A stretch of 64,000 bases of DNA from the NCBI GenBank assembly GCA_964016885.1, contig OZ024743.1:291400001-291464000 (forward strand). The letters run 5' to 3'. Shown here piece by piece: positions 25,465 to 39,226 of this stretch (its first letter is position 1; each line of letters starts with the position of its first letter). The position numbers and the translations under genes were made by a program. Under the pieces are notes generated by a model. It worked only from the letters and a program-made list of their open reading frames with translations. It was not told the origin of the DNA and did not search any database. The DNA is from Eledone cirrhosa. Taxonomy: Eukaryota.

Positions 25465-28354
25465 ACAGTCACTACTCTCTTTATATACTCACACATACAA
25501 CCTCTCTATCTCACCCTAGCAATATTATAAAATCAAAGAACCCCATACACACACACATCAGCGTGTTGAAAAATATGCAAATCGCTTTATCTTTATCTTT
25601 CACTCTCTCTATATATATACAGTTTAGATATGCCGGAAGTATTGAAATTTGAATTTTTTTGAAGAAATGAATCTTGAACTATGCAATACTATTTTTAATA
25701 TATGTTTAATCATGTGTTTCGGAATTTAGTAGATACATTATGTAATATTCATTCATTATTTATTCAAAATAATCCAACTTATTTTACAAACTGGATAAAC
25801 AATTATATTCTGGATGCAGTCTCCCACTCCTTTCGATATTATATATGGAACACAAGAATGAAACTTTAACATATTTAATATTACTGCAATTAATGTATGA
25901 TTGTATGTAAATAAGGATTATTCTAGATACTCGGACCAATATTTGTATTCACCGTGTTGTGCGTGTATAAAACTGTTTTTGCGCTCCATATTTCGGCATT
26001 TAGCTATTTGATTACGAACGATTCCATTGCCGCGATCAGAACAGTAGACGTCCCGATTGTCCATACCCGAGCGCATCTTAGATGGATTCCCAAATAAACT
26101 TCGACGAAATAGTAAAGTATGTAAACTAAAACAAACAATAATTACAATGCTAAGTTAACTTAAGGTAGGTTAGCCACCATGAAAACGTATTGAAAACGGT
26201 TGAGCATAATATTATCACTTGTCAAAACCATGTTTTGAAATGGACGATTACTTTTCGAATGCCTCCGGTGAGAGGGGGGGGAATGCAATATTGATCGAAA
26301 CGAAGTAACCGTTTATGATATATCAACAGATAATGTCATCAAAATATAGTTTCAGTATATAACCTCAAACAAAAGAATATTTTTAGCTGTGCCAAAATAC
26401 TATTTCTCTCTATACAAAAGGTTTTTACAGTTGGACAAGTGTTTGACTCGCTGCCAAAATCGATAGCTGTGGACGAGTGTATAATCGTAGTATTATACTA
26501 CTTCTTATGAAAACAGAATCTTTGGGTAACATCTGACAACTCCATCTATTGAACGTCAGGCTCATGTATTTCCTGGCTCCCTCGATTTCCCTTCCTTCAC
26601 CCCTTACTTTCTGAAGATTTCTTTATTTCTAAACCTACGTTACACTGCTTTTAATGTTTCAATTCCATGCTTAAAGCCAACCTAATATGTATTAATAATT
26701 TACGCAACGCTGTAAAAACTTGTTAACATGAATGTTTGTTGCCACATTGAATTTGAACTCAACACATCAATCTATCAATTCACTAATAACTTAAAATGTG
26801 GCTTGCATATTTGAGTTGTAGTATATTCTCGTGTAATAATGTGTGACTCGTAGGAAGGTGAATTAATTAATTTCAAAGAAAGCCAACATGTCTCCTATTA
26901 TATATTATATATATTAGATCTCCAGTGCAAGGGAACAAGTTTATATAACATATGACAAGATAATGATTTCTTTATTTAAACGGCAAAGACGACTGCGGGG
27001 GCCAAATCTGCATTAAATATGTTATGGCAACAAACAAATTATTCTTCAATTATACAAAGGCGTTAATACTCACTTGCCTCCTACTCTCTATGTTCATTCA
27101 TTTTGCAGTCTGTATGTTCACACAAATGGATAGACACTTACATACATACATACAAATGAACCTCTGTCGGATACGCGGATGAAGGTTACACTTGTTCCGA
27201 AAAAGGAGTATCACACACGTATATTATCGGGTGGTTGGTTGAATATTCCACATTTATATGCACCCTTAATATAACTCGCAAAAAGAATCAATATGGTAGT
27301 ATTTGTAACAAGTATGGCCCTTTCAATTTCTTGCGTCAACCCAAGATTATGCTAAATATTTCTTGCGCAATATGTGACATATTTGTTTCTGCATTTATGC
27401 CACAGAGAATGAGAGGGAGACTCATACACAAAAACACAAAAATAAACACATGGGTGTAGGTGTATGCGTGTGCCTATGTATGTGTTTATACGTGTCTATT
27501 TCGCTTTCCTTCCCTTCTTTACTCTATCTCCATCTCACCCTCTCTGTCCCTCTCTCCCACTCTCTCCATCTATCTCCCCCTTTTTCTCCGTCTCTCTCTC
27601 CATCTCCCTCTCTCACTATCTCTCTTCCTCTCTCTCTCACTCTCTCTCTCAAGACATGTCTGTAAGATAAATTGTTCCTTTGAACAAAGCTATTATTTTA
27701 TTGTATATCTCTATCAAATTCATCATCAGATTATCATTTTCCAAGTGTCATTTTTCCTATATTATTTTTAAATTCTGATCTTCTGCCTTCTTCTCTCCCC
27801 CTCACCCCCCTCCACCTCTCTCTCACTTCATATCCCCGGTTTCTGCTGCATTCCAATAACATATATTTCTTTCTAAGTGCTCCATCTACCTCAACATTAG
27901 AATCTCATTTGTTTTCCAACACCTTCATTATCTGTTTTCATTCCACTTACTCTCTTTTTATTAGACAATCTTTAAAAGTATCTGTATTGCAATCTATGTC
28001 TTCCACTATTTCAATCACAGTTCCTTTTATCGAACTCTCATTTGCACTCTACTTTACCAGTGATCAGTGACATCATTTCATACCATGCTGATTGTGTGGT
28101 GTATTGCGGAAAGTCAGCTAATTAAGAAGCGTTAGTTAATTACATTTTCAGCAGTCGCTCGACCACATGATTGATACATCCATCGTCTCCGCTATGAATT
28201 CTAGTCGCAGAAACACATATACATAGGAAGACATTTGCACATACAGTGAGCGAAACACCTACACAAATCGGCGTGACGTACCTAAGCGCAAACACAAATC
28301 AGCTTATACAAGATGATTTATCCACGTATACACTAGCACAAAGAGATATTGGTA

Positions 28355-28862
<508 letters not shown>

Positions 28863-31800
28863 TGGTTTCTCTTCATTATTCCAGTGAATGATAATCACAA
28901 GCGACGTGGTGCTCCGTTTGCCGGGTCGATTGACAAAAATAACTACAATAAGATTATGAGAATGATGACGATTGTGATTACAATAACGATCATGATGATA
29001 AGAGATATAGGTGGTTATATAACAGGAGGAATAAAATGAGCACCAACGCGAACAACAACAGTAACAATCGTAATGATAACAATAATTACTTTTATTTGGC
29101 ACGAGATTGTCGGCTGGAGTAACATAACTTGGCTAGCTTACAAAACATTCACAAATAATGTAGATATAAAAGGTGAAATGATACAGAAAAATCAAGTAAA
29201 TATGTGGAGGACTCATTCATTGGGTGATTTACCGAGGAAAGTTCATGTGTTTGGATTTTCGACTACCCTGCCGGTGACAAAGATTGACCTGTTTGCAAGC
29301 ACTTTTACCAAAATATTCAACTTGGTTTTGCAAAATTGTAGGCTTGGAATTCTCTATCATTTCGTATTTATTTAGTTATTTTCCCGGACTCATCTTTTAA
29401 TAAACAATCTGCTTTTCTTGTGCGTTACAGTAGAAAACTAATAACATATGTGACCAAGTTTGATATTAAATGTACAATCAATGTTTAAAGGATAGCGTCT
29501 AATTACAACGACCTGTCGCTCACACTGCGAAATAAGTGTATAACAGGTGTGAGACTGATTTTAGACAGTGGTTTGGAGTAAATAGCCTATTTTGACAATG
29601 TTCTTGGAGGTTCCATGTCTTTCAGATGAGGGAAAACAATTTATTGTTACCGTTTTGCTATTATTCTCATTGTTGCTGTTTCCTTCGTTGATGCTGTTGG
29701 CGCTGGCCGCAAAATGTTTTTCCTAGATTTGGCTGAGAAAGAAGGCGCCCTGCTTGATGTTGCCTCCGTGATCTCCTGCCTCTGAAGATTCTAGATCTCC
29801 ACACTGTAAATTTTAGTTTTGAACAACATATGTATATCCATTTCACCAGAGTGAACTGATGCAATTAAATTAAACAACGCACTACCCGGCCTTAAATTTG
29901 TGAGAGCAATTCTAAAATCTAAGCCGCTCGTATTTTTTATACGGGAAATGCTTCTGTAATTAAAAAATTAGAAAACAACATCATGGTGGAAGGCATGGGT
30001 ATGTGATCAGAATTATTGATTTGCATTAAGTTTTGGGGTTTTATATATGTACATGAAATCGTAAGGAATTGTCTTCTACTAGTAAAGAATCTTATGTATG
30101 GTTGATCATATACTACGGAGAGAAAGCTTTCTACAAGACCATTCATGTTAATTGTCAGAGTACGAGTTATCACTTGGATATTTTAGTGGAGTCCATTCTG
30201 ATATAAATACTCCGACTGTCTCTTGTTTTAGGATTAATCCCTTCCTTATACACTGAGATGTCAAGCAATTATTAATAGTCATTGCCCATTTTCCCTTAAC
30301 TAAACCGTTTATAATAACATGAATATAAACAATACGCTCAACATGATGCCGATATGATATTTGAACACCATTCATTCATCACCATGAGAAATATGTTGGC
30401 GTTGACAGAATTTGTGTATACACGTAGAAAGTCATTAATAAGAATAATAAATATAGCAAAGAAGACAATCTCCAGAGATGTTGTCAAAATATAAAAAAAA
30501 AGAATGAATACGAAGTAATTGTGTAACAATAATAACAATTTTATATCAACTTCTTGCCAAAACAGATTATGTAATATATTGCTGTAGGCATAAAACTCCA
30601 ACATAGTTATAGATAAAATTAAATTATAAATTTCAATTTACTTGTGACACATTTGACAGCAAACGACTACGAGTAAATACATAAAAAATAGTATTGAAGC
30701 AATTTTCAGAAAACAGGAAAAGTTTTCTGGATTAGATCTTACACTTACACAAAGTTATTTGTGAAATATATAAAGCTATATTTGAAAGCCAACACATCGT
30801 TCAGTGCAGGAAGGAATTCTTAATCAGAATTCCGATGCAAATGTTAATAGTACTGCGTCACACCATTCTGCTTCCTAGAATGTTAAAGGAGAAAGAGAAG
30901 TTGTATACGTCAATCTCATGCTTATTTACCATAAACTCGTCACGAAAATGATGACAAGGTGCATGAATATCTATAAAGATCGTAACGGAATGTGAGATGG
31001 GAGATAAATAGTTTAGTACATAGTCATACTTTGTAGAGTGGATCAATTATTCATGGGTAAATCCATTAAAGAGTTGGGCAAAAGAGGAATGTCTGAATTG
31101 TTTTACGTAAATCAGACATACTATGTACGATGCGGTGCAATGTGACTAGATAGTATATGTGAGCTGTATAAATTAAATAGCTGAGACAGAGTAAGTGGAT
31201 GGTCATAAAACGTAGATATTGATTAATGATGAAATAGGTTGTTGGCGTAATTGTTTAGCAGAAGGCCAGACCTACGCTGGTAAATCCATCAAAACAAATA
31301 TTTCGTTTTGGAAGCACCGTTCTATATTACCTATAGTTAGATTTTCATAAGTGGGACATTTTCCTGTTAATTATAATAGATCGAATACATATGTACACCT
31401 ATAGATGTTGTTGAAGGTGAAAATGGGGGCCGAAATGGGAATCACAATATCACGAATACACAAAATTCAGAGGCGAAAGACTCATTGTGACTATAATGCC
31501 TCTACTGACATGGTGTTTCTATTACCACATTAACTAATGAGGAAATAGATGAATTCAATGGAATTAAATTCTGTACAAATAGGGATGTTAATGATGAGAA
31601 AGTTATACAAAATACAAACATTTCAATAGATACATAAAGCTCGAGTATATTATAGTTGCATATAAGCTAAATCAGTCAATATATAAAAAAGAAAATACGT
31701 ATATCTTCATAGTTTGGGCCTGCATCATCATATTGTATAGAGGATATTGTTTATTATATGACACTGGCGCATATATCATTGTAGCAGGAATTGGATGTGA

Positions 31801-32046
31801 AATCAACCTTGGTAATATTTGGAAATATATATCATATCTAACTAAATAATGCTAGGAGTTTGTCCAGCGCATGATTTAAACCACCAAATAACGATAATGC
31901 ATTTTTATAATGACCCACTGGAATTCTATCATTCGTTCCATTCAGTTCAGATTTTAATAACGCACATTTCTAGATGTAACCATAAAGTCACAGTATCGCT
32001 TGTGTGGCACATTATAAGTCAGTTTATTATTATCAATCTCTTAAAA

Positions 32047-32596
32047 GCGGTGGATTTGCAGTATCGGTAGAGGGACGGACGCCATGCTTTGCAGCATAGA
32101 GTTACGGCCCTTTGTGATCTGAGTTCAAATCCGAGGTTAGTTTTGCCTTTCATCCTCACAGGGTCGATAAAATAAAGTACCAGTCACGCACTGGGGTCGA
32201 TTTAATCGACTTTCACCTCCCCCAAAATTGCTTGCCCTGTGCCTATATAAGAAACCATTATTATCAATCTCTCACATTTTGCCTTTCATCCTTACGAATC
32301 GATAGAATAATGTACCAATATTGCAGTGGGTTCGATCTAGTCGACATTTTCCTCCCACAAACATTTTTCGCCTTGTGCCTAAACCAGATACATTATTAAT
32401 TGCTCAACGGTGAATTTGCAGTATCGGTAGAGGGTTGGACGCCATGCTTTCTAGCATAGTTACGTCCCTTTACGGTCTGAGTTCAAATCCTGCCGAAGTT
32501 AACTTTGCCTTTCATCCTTACGGGGTCGATAAAATAAAGTACCAGTAATGTACTGGGTAATTGCTGGTCTTGTGCCAAAAGTAGAAACAATTATTA
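32047..32596 (+). mobile_element. Three tandem family-A SINEs (full 32047-32265, partial 32277-32400, full 32408-32596)
   Basis: Repeated GGTGRATTTGCAGTATCGGTAGAGGG head, B-box GAGTTCAAATCC, and TTTGCCTTTCATCCT body. Confidence 0.85.
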
Positions 32597-33179
32597 CTTT
32601 CTCAACTTGTCATAAGAAAACAGATTTGAGTTGAAGTAGAAAATGAAAATTTACCCCCGATGGGTATGACCTCAGAGTGTAAATGCCCTTAACTATCTAA
32701 CGCAAGGGATCTTGTAAGACATTCTCATGAATTTGTCAATCCATGTCTTAGTCATGATTAACACGCTCTCAAAGATTGAATAGAATGCATTGCAGTGTGT
32801 ATTTACTCCATTCTTTATTCCAAGAATTGATGGGGGTGTTTTAGTGATGCTCCAGTTTTAGCACACGGTGATCAGAAGAAAAGGTTTAAAAGCCAAATTC
32901 ATTATCTTTAATTCGGTGTTTGTGCATACCCTGGCCTATTTGTATAAACTCTTTTTAAAATCTTGATAACTGATACCTAAATCGTTCAATGTTTAAAACA
33001 ATTTTCCGGTTGAATTAAAATGAGATCTCTTTGAAACAATCTGAGTATTTACTTAGATTTATTCTTAATGATTTTTTTTTGTTCAATATTCATGATTTAT
33101 AGTTTGACTGTCTTATGACAGGCTTTATACCGATAGAACATTCACCCCTATCAGTTCGTAATATTACATTTATACTATA

Positions 33180-34131
33180 CTAGCAGTAAAGCCCGGCGTT
33201 GCTCGGGGTCGTGTTAAAGTTACAATGTTAAGTTTCTTTCTTGGCTTAAAAACTGTAGTGTCTACTGTGCAGACTTGCATGTGGTGTTTTTGATTAATAT
33301 TCCCTCAACCAACAATATGCCTTATGAAGTTAAGAAAACATAACGATAACCCGAATGTTATAAGAAAAGAGGATGCTGGGGATAGAAACTGCACTGGTTA
33401 TTTATTAACAAAGATCGAAAATGTAAACACTGCAACGCAGAGAAAAACATTAGCGTAACCAAATTATCAGTTATGTCTGTCTGCACGCCTATATCACCTC
33501 TCTGCACGACTGTCTGTCTGCACGCCTATATCACCTCTCTGCACGACTGTCTGTCTGCACGCCTATATCACCTCTCTGCACGACTGTCTGTCTTCACGCC
33601 TATATCACCTCTCTGCACGACTGTCTGTCTGAACGCGTATATCACCTCTCTGCACGACTGTCCGTCTGCACGACTGTCTGTCTGCACGCCTAACGACGAA
33701 ATATTTGCTTGTTTTTACGTAGTCTTTAAATAGACTTGTTTTCAAGTAAAAATATTGTTTTAAAATGCTTTTAAATGGAAATGAAGCAAAACGGAAGCTT
33801 AGTGTTCGAACTGATGAATTTTGCAGGTCAATATTTTGCTGGCTCGACAACTGTTCGAAACGCTGAGAAAGCCAGCGTAATTTTTTACGTAAGACGCTCA
33901 ATGTAAACAGAACAAAGGGAAATAATTGATAACTTACGCTCAAAAATCGATACATTATATTCGATTTCGTCACATAGGGTGGGTCAATTTGAAATTTTTT
34001 TTTCCGATGTCTTCGCTAGGGCTCAATGTAGAAGTATAGCAATTTCAGTGCAATTCCGTGAGAGATTCTAAGAGGAGATGTGTGCCAAAAATCGATAGAC
34101 AGACAGACAACCACAGTTTTATATATATAGA
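33180..34131 (-). mobile_element. Non-autonomous Helitron
   Basis: Minus strand starts A|TCTATATATATAAAACTG followed by (CTGT)n. It ends with hairpin CCCCGAGCAACGCCGGGC then TTTACTG-CTAG|T. Confidence 0.8.
33474..33690. repeat. 37-bp minisatellite, about 5.5 copies, inside the Helitron
   Basis: Unit TGTCTGTCTGCACGCCTATATCACCTCTCTGCACGAC. Confidence 0.92.
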
Positions 34132-34154
34132 TTGTATATCATCAACTTCTGCAA

Positions 34155-34770
34155 TCTATATATATAAAACTGAGGTTGTCTGGCTGTCTGGATGTCTGTC
34201 TACTAAAACGGTCGACACACATCCCCTCCTAAACAGTACGTTCACATTTCGGTGAAATTGCTACACTTATAGATGAAGGTCCGGCGGAGACATCAGTCAA
34301 ACAAATTTTCAAATCGACCCACGCGAAGTGCAAAAATCGAATTTGTAAAGTATTGATTTGTCAGTTCAAATGTATAAATAATGATGAGAGACGAGTTATT
34401 TCCCTTTTATGGCGTCATTCTGTCTATCTATTTACGTTACGAATACTAACGCGTGCAAAAGTAGAAAAATACACGTACAACTTTCGGGCTAGCAAAATTT
34501 AACCTGCAAAATTCATGAGTTCGAAATGTCAACATTAAGCTTCCATTTTGCTTCATTTCCATTAAAAAGTATTTTAAAACAATATCCTCAGCATCCTCTT
34601 TTGTTTTAACATTCGGGTTATGGTTATATTTTCTTAACTTCATAAGGCATACTGTTGGTTGAAAGTCTACACTGTAGACTCTACAGTTTTTAAGCCAAGA
34701 AAGGACCTTAGCATTGTAACTTTAACGCAGCTACTGAGCAGCCCCGAGCAAAGCCGGGCTTTACTGCTAG
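34155..34770 (+). mobile_element. Non-autonomous Helitron, same end family
   Basis: A|TCTATATATATAAAACTGAGGTTGTCTGGCTGTC ... GCCCCGAGCAAAGCCGGGCTTTACTG-CTAG|T. Confidence 0.8.
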
Positions 34771-35667
34771 TTATATATATTAATGGATCTATACAATCTC
34801 ATATGGTATTCAGCTGAAGACAACGTCTCTTTGTTTTTTTGTTTTGTTTTGTTTCTTTTTTCTTTTTCGTTTTACTTTAGTTTAACTTCCTAAAGTCTTG
34901 GTTTATTTAACGGATAATTTGTAAGTGATAACTCGACCATCATGTGCATTAATACGTAATTCAGTGTTAAATATATTACAGTGAACATAACGGTCGTCAT
35001 GTTCCACGAAGTTGCTTTCGAAATCTTAGAAAACTTCCGTGCACATTTTACGCAAAGGTTTATCATCTAGTCAGTCATGTACTCCATATCTATTTTCTCA
35101 GAGTGAAGTAATTGCATACTCCAGATTGCATCCCAAAGCTGCGTAAAATGTGATTACGTCTGTTCTGAATTAATAAGAATACCAAACTAAATGTACGATA
35201 GATCTTCAGGGATCCGTGTAAGTAAATTTATTTTATTTCACTCACAATGTATATTGCAGTAAAAATCATTAATATATGTGGTTATGTAGATTGCAGTATA
35301 GTAATGTACAAATCTTCTAGGAAACTGAATTCATGATAGAGTTTCGGTTGTCGCTCGTAGGGATTTCGTTTCAATTCCGTTTCTAATACCCTTGATAGGG
35401 GATTAGATAGTTATTAATACAGTTTACTAAGTCATGAAAATAGTATTCTTTAATGTTTTTCTTGGAAGTATAGAGGTGAAGATCGCTTCACAGACCATTC
35501 ATAATTAAGACATAATGTGACATATTCTTCCCGAGTCTGTTTGGCCATTCGATCCCAGTCCCAAATTTAAATTTGTTATGTAGTTCATTTATCACTTTGC
35601 ATCACACTGTATAAACGCAACCGAATTACCCAAGCCCCAGGTACAGATGCACGCAACAACAAAGTCC

Positions 35668-35800
<133 letters not shown>

Positions 35801-35869
35801 CGTGTGTGTGCGTGTGTGTGTGTGTGCGTGTGTGTGTTTGAGAATGTGTGTGTGTACGTATGTGTGTAA

Positions 35870-35921
<52 letters not shown>

Positions 35922-36203
35922 TAAATCATGTCTTTAGAATCATCAGATATAAAAATATATACTATTTCTTCTTCTAATTAGCATAATTAACGATATACAA
36001 AATCAAATCTAGCAAGCTTTAAGAATAAATTTTCTTATGGGGAAATCTCTGACAAACAATCGACCGTAGCCTCTTCGCGGCAGCCCCGTTCCATTATTTA
36101 TCGAACATTTCGACAGCATGCTGACTTCGACCAAATATACCATCAACCACACACAATTAGTAGTAAAATTAAACTTAGAAGAAATGCGCACATACCGTAA
36201 TTA

Positions 36204-36280
36204 TATCCCTACCATGGTTTCTTCCTTATTTAGGACATCCAAATAATATGGATTTCCAGAGTTAGTTTCATCAGGGGATA
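36204..36280 (-). ncRNA. Type-I hammerhead ribozyme (inverted copy)
   Basis: Reverse complement of 36782-36858 with one substitution. Confidence 0.7.
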
Positions 36281-36781
36281 AACTCAAAATCAGACATTTA
36301 GTTTTTCAATCCGATCGCGCCAAATTTAGATTAAAAAATGGCTAAAAATCGCTATGTAGCTGTGTTCCAGCCAGAGAGAAAAAGTGTGATTGGTTGCTTA
36401 CGTTAATTATGCTAATTAGAAGAAGAAATAGTATATATTTTAATATCTGATGATTCTAAAGACATGATTTATGATATAATGCTCTGATTGTTTTATTTTA
36501 ATTTATTAATTCTTCATAGAGCTTAAAAGTGAACAGTTGCAACATATATATATCTTTAACTTTATGTATATGATAACCCTTATATTTAATAATCTCCCAA
36601 TTGGTTGAGATTAAATTTGGCGATATATGGCTGCGCTTTCTAGCAGCAAGCCTACCCGCCGTAAGCAACCAATCACACTCTTTCTCTCTGGCTGGAACAC
36701 AGCTACATAGCGATTTTTAGCCATTTTTTAATCTAAATTTGGCGCGATCGGATTGAAAAACTAAATGTCTGATTTTGAGTT

Positions 36782-36858
36782 TATCCCCTGATGAAACTAA
36801 TTCTGGAAATCCATATTATTTGGATGTCCTAAATAAGGAAGAAACCATGGTAGGGATA
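36782..36858 (+). ncRNA. Type-I hammerhead ribozyme with enlarged stem II domain
   Basis: TATCCC-CTGATGA-[46 nt including ATCCA..TGGAT and TCCT..AGGA hairpins]-GAAA-CCATGG-TA-GGGATA. Confidence 0.72.
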
Positions 36859-37246
36859 TAATTACGGTATGTGCGCATTTCTTCTAAGTTTAATTTTACT
36901 ACTAATTGTGTGTGGTTGATGGTATATTTGGTCGAAGTCTGCATGCTGTCGAAATGTTCGATAAATAATGGAACGGGGCTGCTGCGAAGAGGCTACGGTC
37001 GATTGTTTGTCAGAGATTTCCCCATAAGAAAATTTATTCTTAAAGCTTGCTAGATTTGATTTTGTATATCGTTAATTATGCTAATTAGAAGAAGAAATAG
37101 TATATATTTTAATATCTGATGATTCTAAAGACCTGATTTATGATATAATGGTTTGATTTTTTGATTTTAATTTATTAATTCTTCATAGAGCTTAAAAGTG
37201 AACAGTTGCAACATATATATATCTTTAATTTTATGTATATGATAAC

Positions 37247-37368
<122 letters not shown>

Positions 37369-37649
37369 TTATGGGGGGAAGTGTTTCTGTCTCACCTATT
37401 GCAGGTATCGTCTATTACTTTGTATCATTTTATCTTTAAATTTTCGTCTTTAATTTTATAATTCGCCAAATGACTCAATATGTACTGTGTGTCCCTGCCT
37501 CGCTGCGTCTTGATGTGCATCGTCATTTAAATAGATAGTATTGTCATTATAATAGATAGCATCAACATTAATTCACCGAAACTAAAGTGATTTCCAGAAT
37601 GTAACTGAAGACAAAGGACCGTTGGTTGTTCTCTTTTATAACAATTAAA

Positions 37650-38330
37650 TTGTTCTTTTGCCGCCCCCTCCACCAACATACACACAGCGGTTCCTCTCAG
37701 AAGCAACCAATTCCAGTTGCTCCCGCTGGATCCTCAAGCCAAACCAGCCAAGATCATAGATGTTATCTACCCACCTTGCTATGTATCCAACCCTGGGTTT
37801 ACTGGCGGCTTGTGTTGCCAGTATAATCTGTCGAGCGATTCTTATCTGAAACATTCGAACCACGTCTCCGTCGAACCGCAGCTATTATTTCTCAATTCCG
37901 GAAAGTAGCGGCTCTAATTACAACGAAACTCTGGCCTCCGACCTACAAACGCTATCAAGTAGCATTGCTTCAGAGAACAGCGGAGGAACCCCATTTCTGC
38001 TGCTTGTATTTGTGATCGTATTTTATCGATTATTATCCAAAATTCATGACCATATATAAGTGTTGGCATGAATACCAAATTAAATACTGTGATTTGGGGC
38101 TTTACAACCACTTACATTATTCTCGCGACCGACTGATTAAGGTGGCATATTACTGCACAGCGTAGGTATCTGTAAGATGGCAGAGACATTCTCTGCAGCA
38201 AATATTTCCATTCTTGTCTTGCAGCATTCGGCAGCAAACCTATCTGGGATATATGAGGTATTAGATTCTGAGGAGTGAAGTAGTACCATGTAGCCTACAA
38301 ATTCAGGTCGACTTATCATTCACACACCAT
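37650..38330 (-). mobile_element. Degenerate RTE LINE 3' fragment
   Basis: FNLVFMPTLIYGHEFWIIIDKIRSQIQAAEMGFLR (37914-38111). Confidence 0.75.
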
Positions 38331-39055
38331 TAGCATGATTTAGGTATCTTTCGAGAAACCAAAGCCACCCGGCACACAAACGTCTGTCTAGAATAATTTG
38401 TTTTCATTTTTTATGTATTCAAATATACTCTCCTACACTGTTTTGTTACTTTTCATTTTGTATATAAACCAAAAAGAAGTTGTAGATGCAATTGAAGTAT
38501 TTTAGAAAGTTTATTTACAATAATTCATGATTTACTCGGTTCACAGGTTTCAGGGTTTTTCGAAGGTCGAGAAAGATGGAGAAATGTGTGGCCATGTCCA
38601 AACCTAACTCGGATCTAATTGATGTTAGGGATTTCTTCCAAATTTGTACAAATGTGGCTCAGATTGCTATATGTTTGAAGTACAATTTGGTAGGTTAGGG
38701 ATGACCATGTGATTAAGCATCATATTTCTTTCTTTTTAAGGTAGCGGCAAATATTCTGGAGTTTTCTTTCAGTTTTTTTTTGCACAAAAGTGACTTGGTG
38801 TTAAAGAATTATTTGATTGGGTGGGGGTCATGGCGTGATCAGGCATCGAATTTGATGATACTTTCGAGTTTAGACAGTAGGAATCCATACCTGCAGTATT
38901 CAATATTGAATGATAGTTGCCATTCATCTTGTGGCAATCCCCAAAATCGAAAAGTACACGAATTCTTTTCTTGCATCTCTGATTGTATGTGTAGCTAGTT
39001 CATTTTTTCTATCCTGAAAGCTCTGAATAACATTAACAATAACAACAACAACAGT

Positions 39056-39175
39056 ATTAATAATGGTTTCGTATAGAGGCACAAGGCCACAAACTTGTTT
39101 TTTTTTTTTGGGGGGGGGGGGGGGCAAAGTCGATTAAATCGATCCCAGTGCGTGATTGGCACATTATTTTATCGA
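39056..39175 (-). mobile_element. Family-A SINE 3' fragment
   Basis: TAATGGTTTC..AGGCACAAGGCC..AGTCGATTAAATCGATCCCAGTGCGTGA..TTATTTTATCGA matches the SINE tail at 32160-32260. Confidence 0.7.
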
Positions 39176-39176
39176 T

Positions 39177-39220
<44 letters not shown>

Positions 39221-39226
<6 letters not shown>

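Noticed and set aside
27165-27215. Possible hammerhead CGGATGA..GAAA
   Set aside because: Core mismatch and no convincing stems I or III
38395-38960. Possible old LINE 3' fragment
   Set aside because: No motif recognisable with confidence
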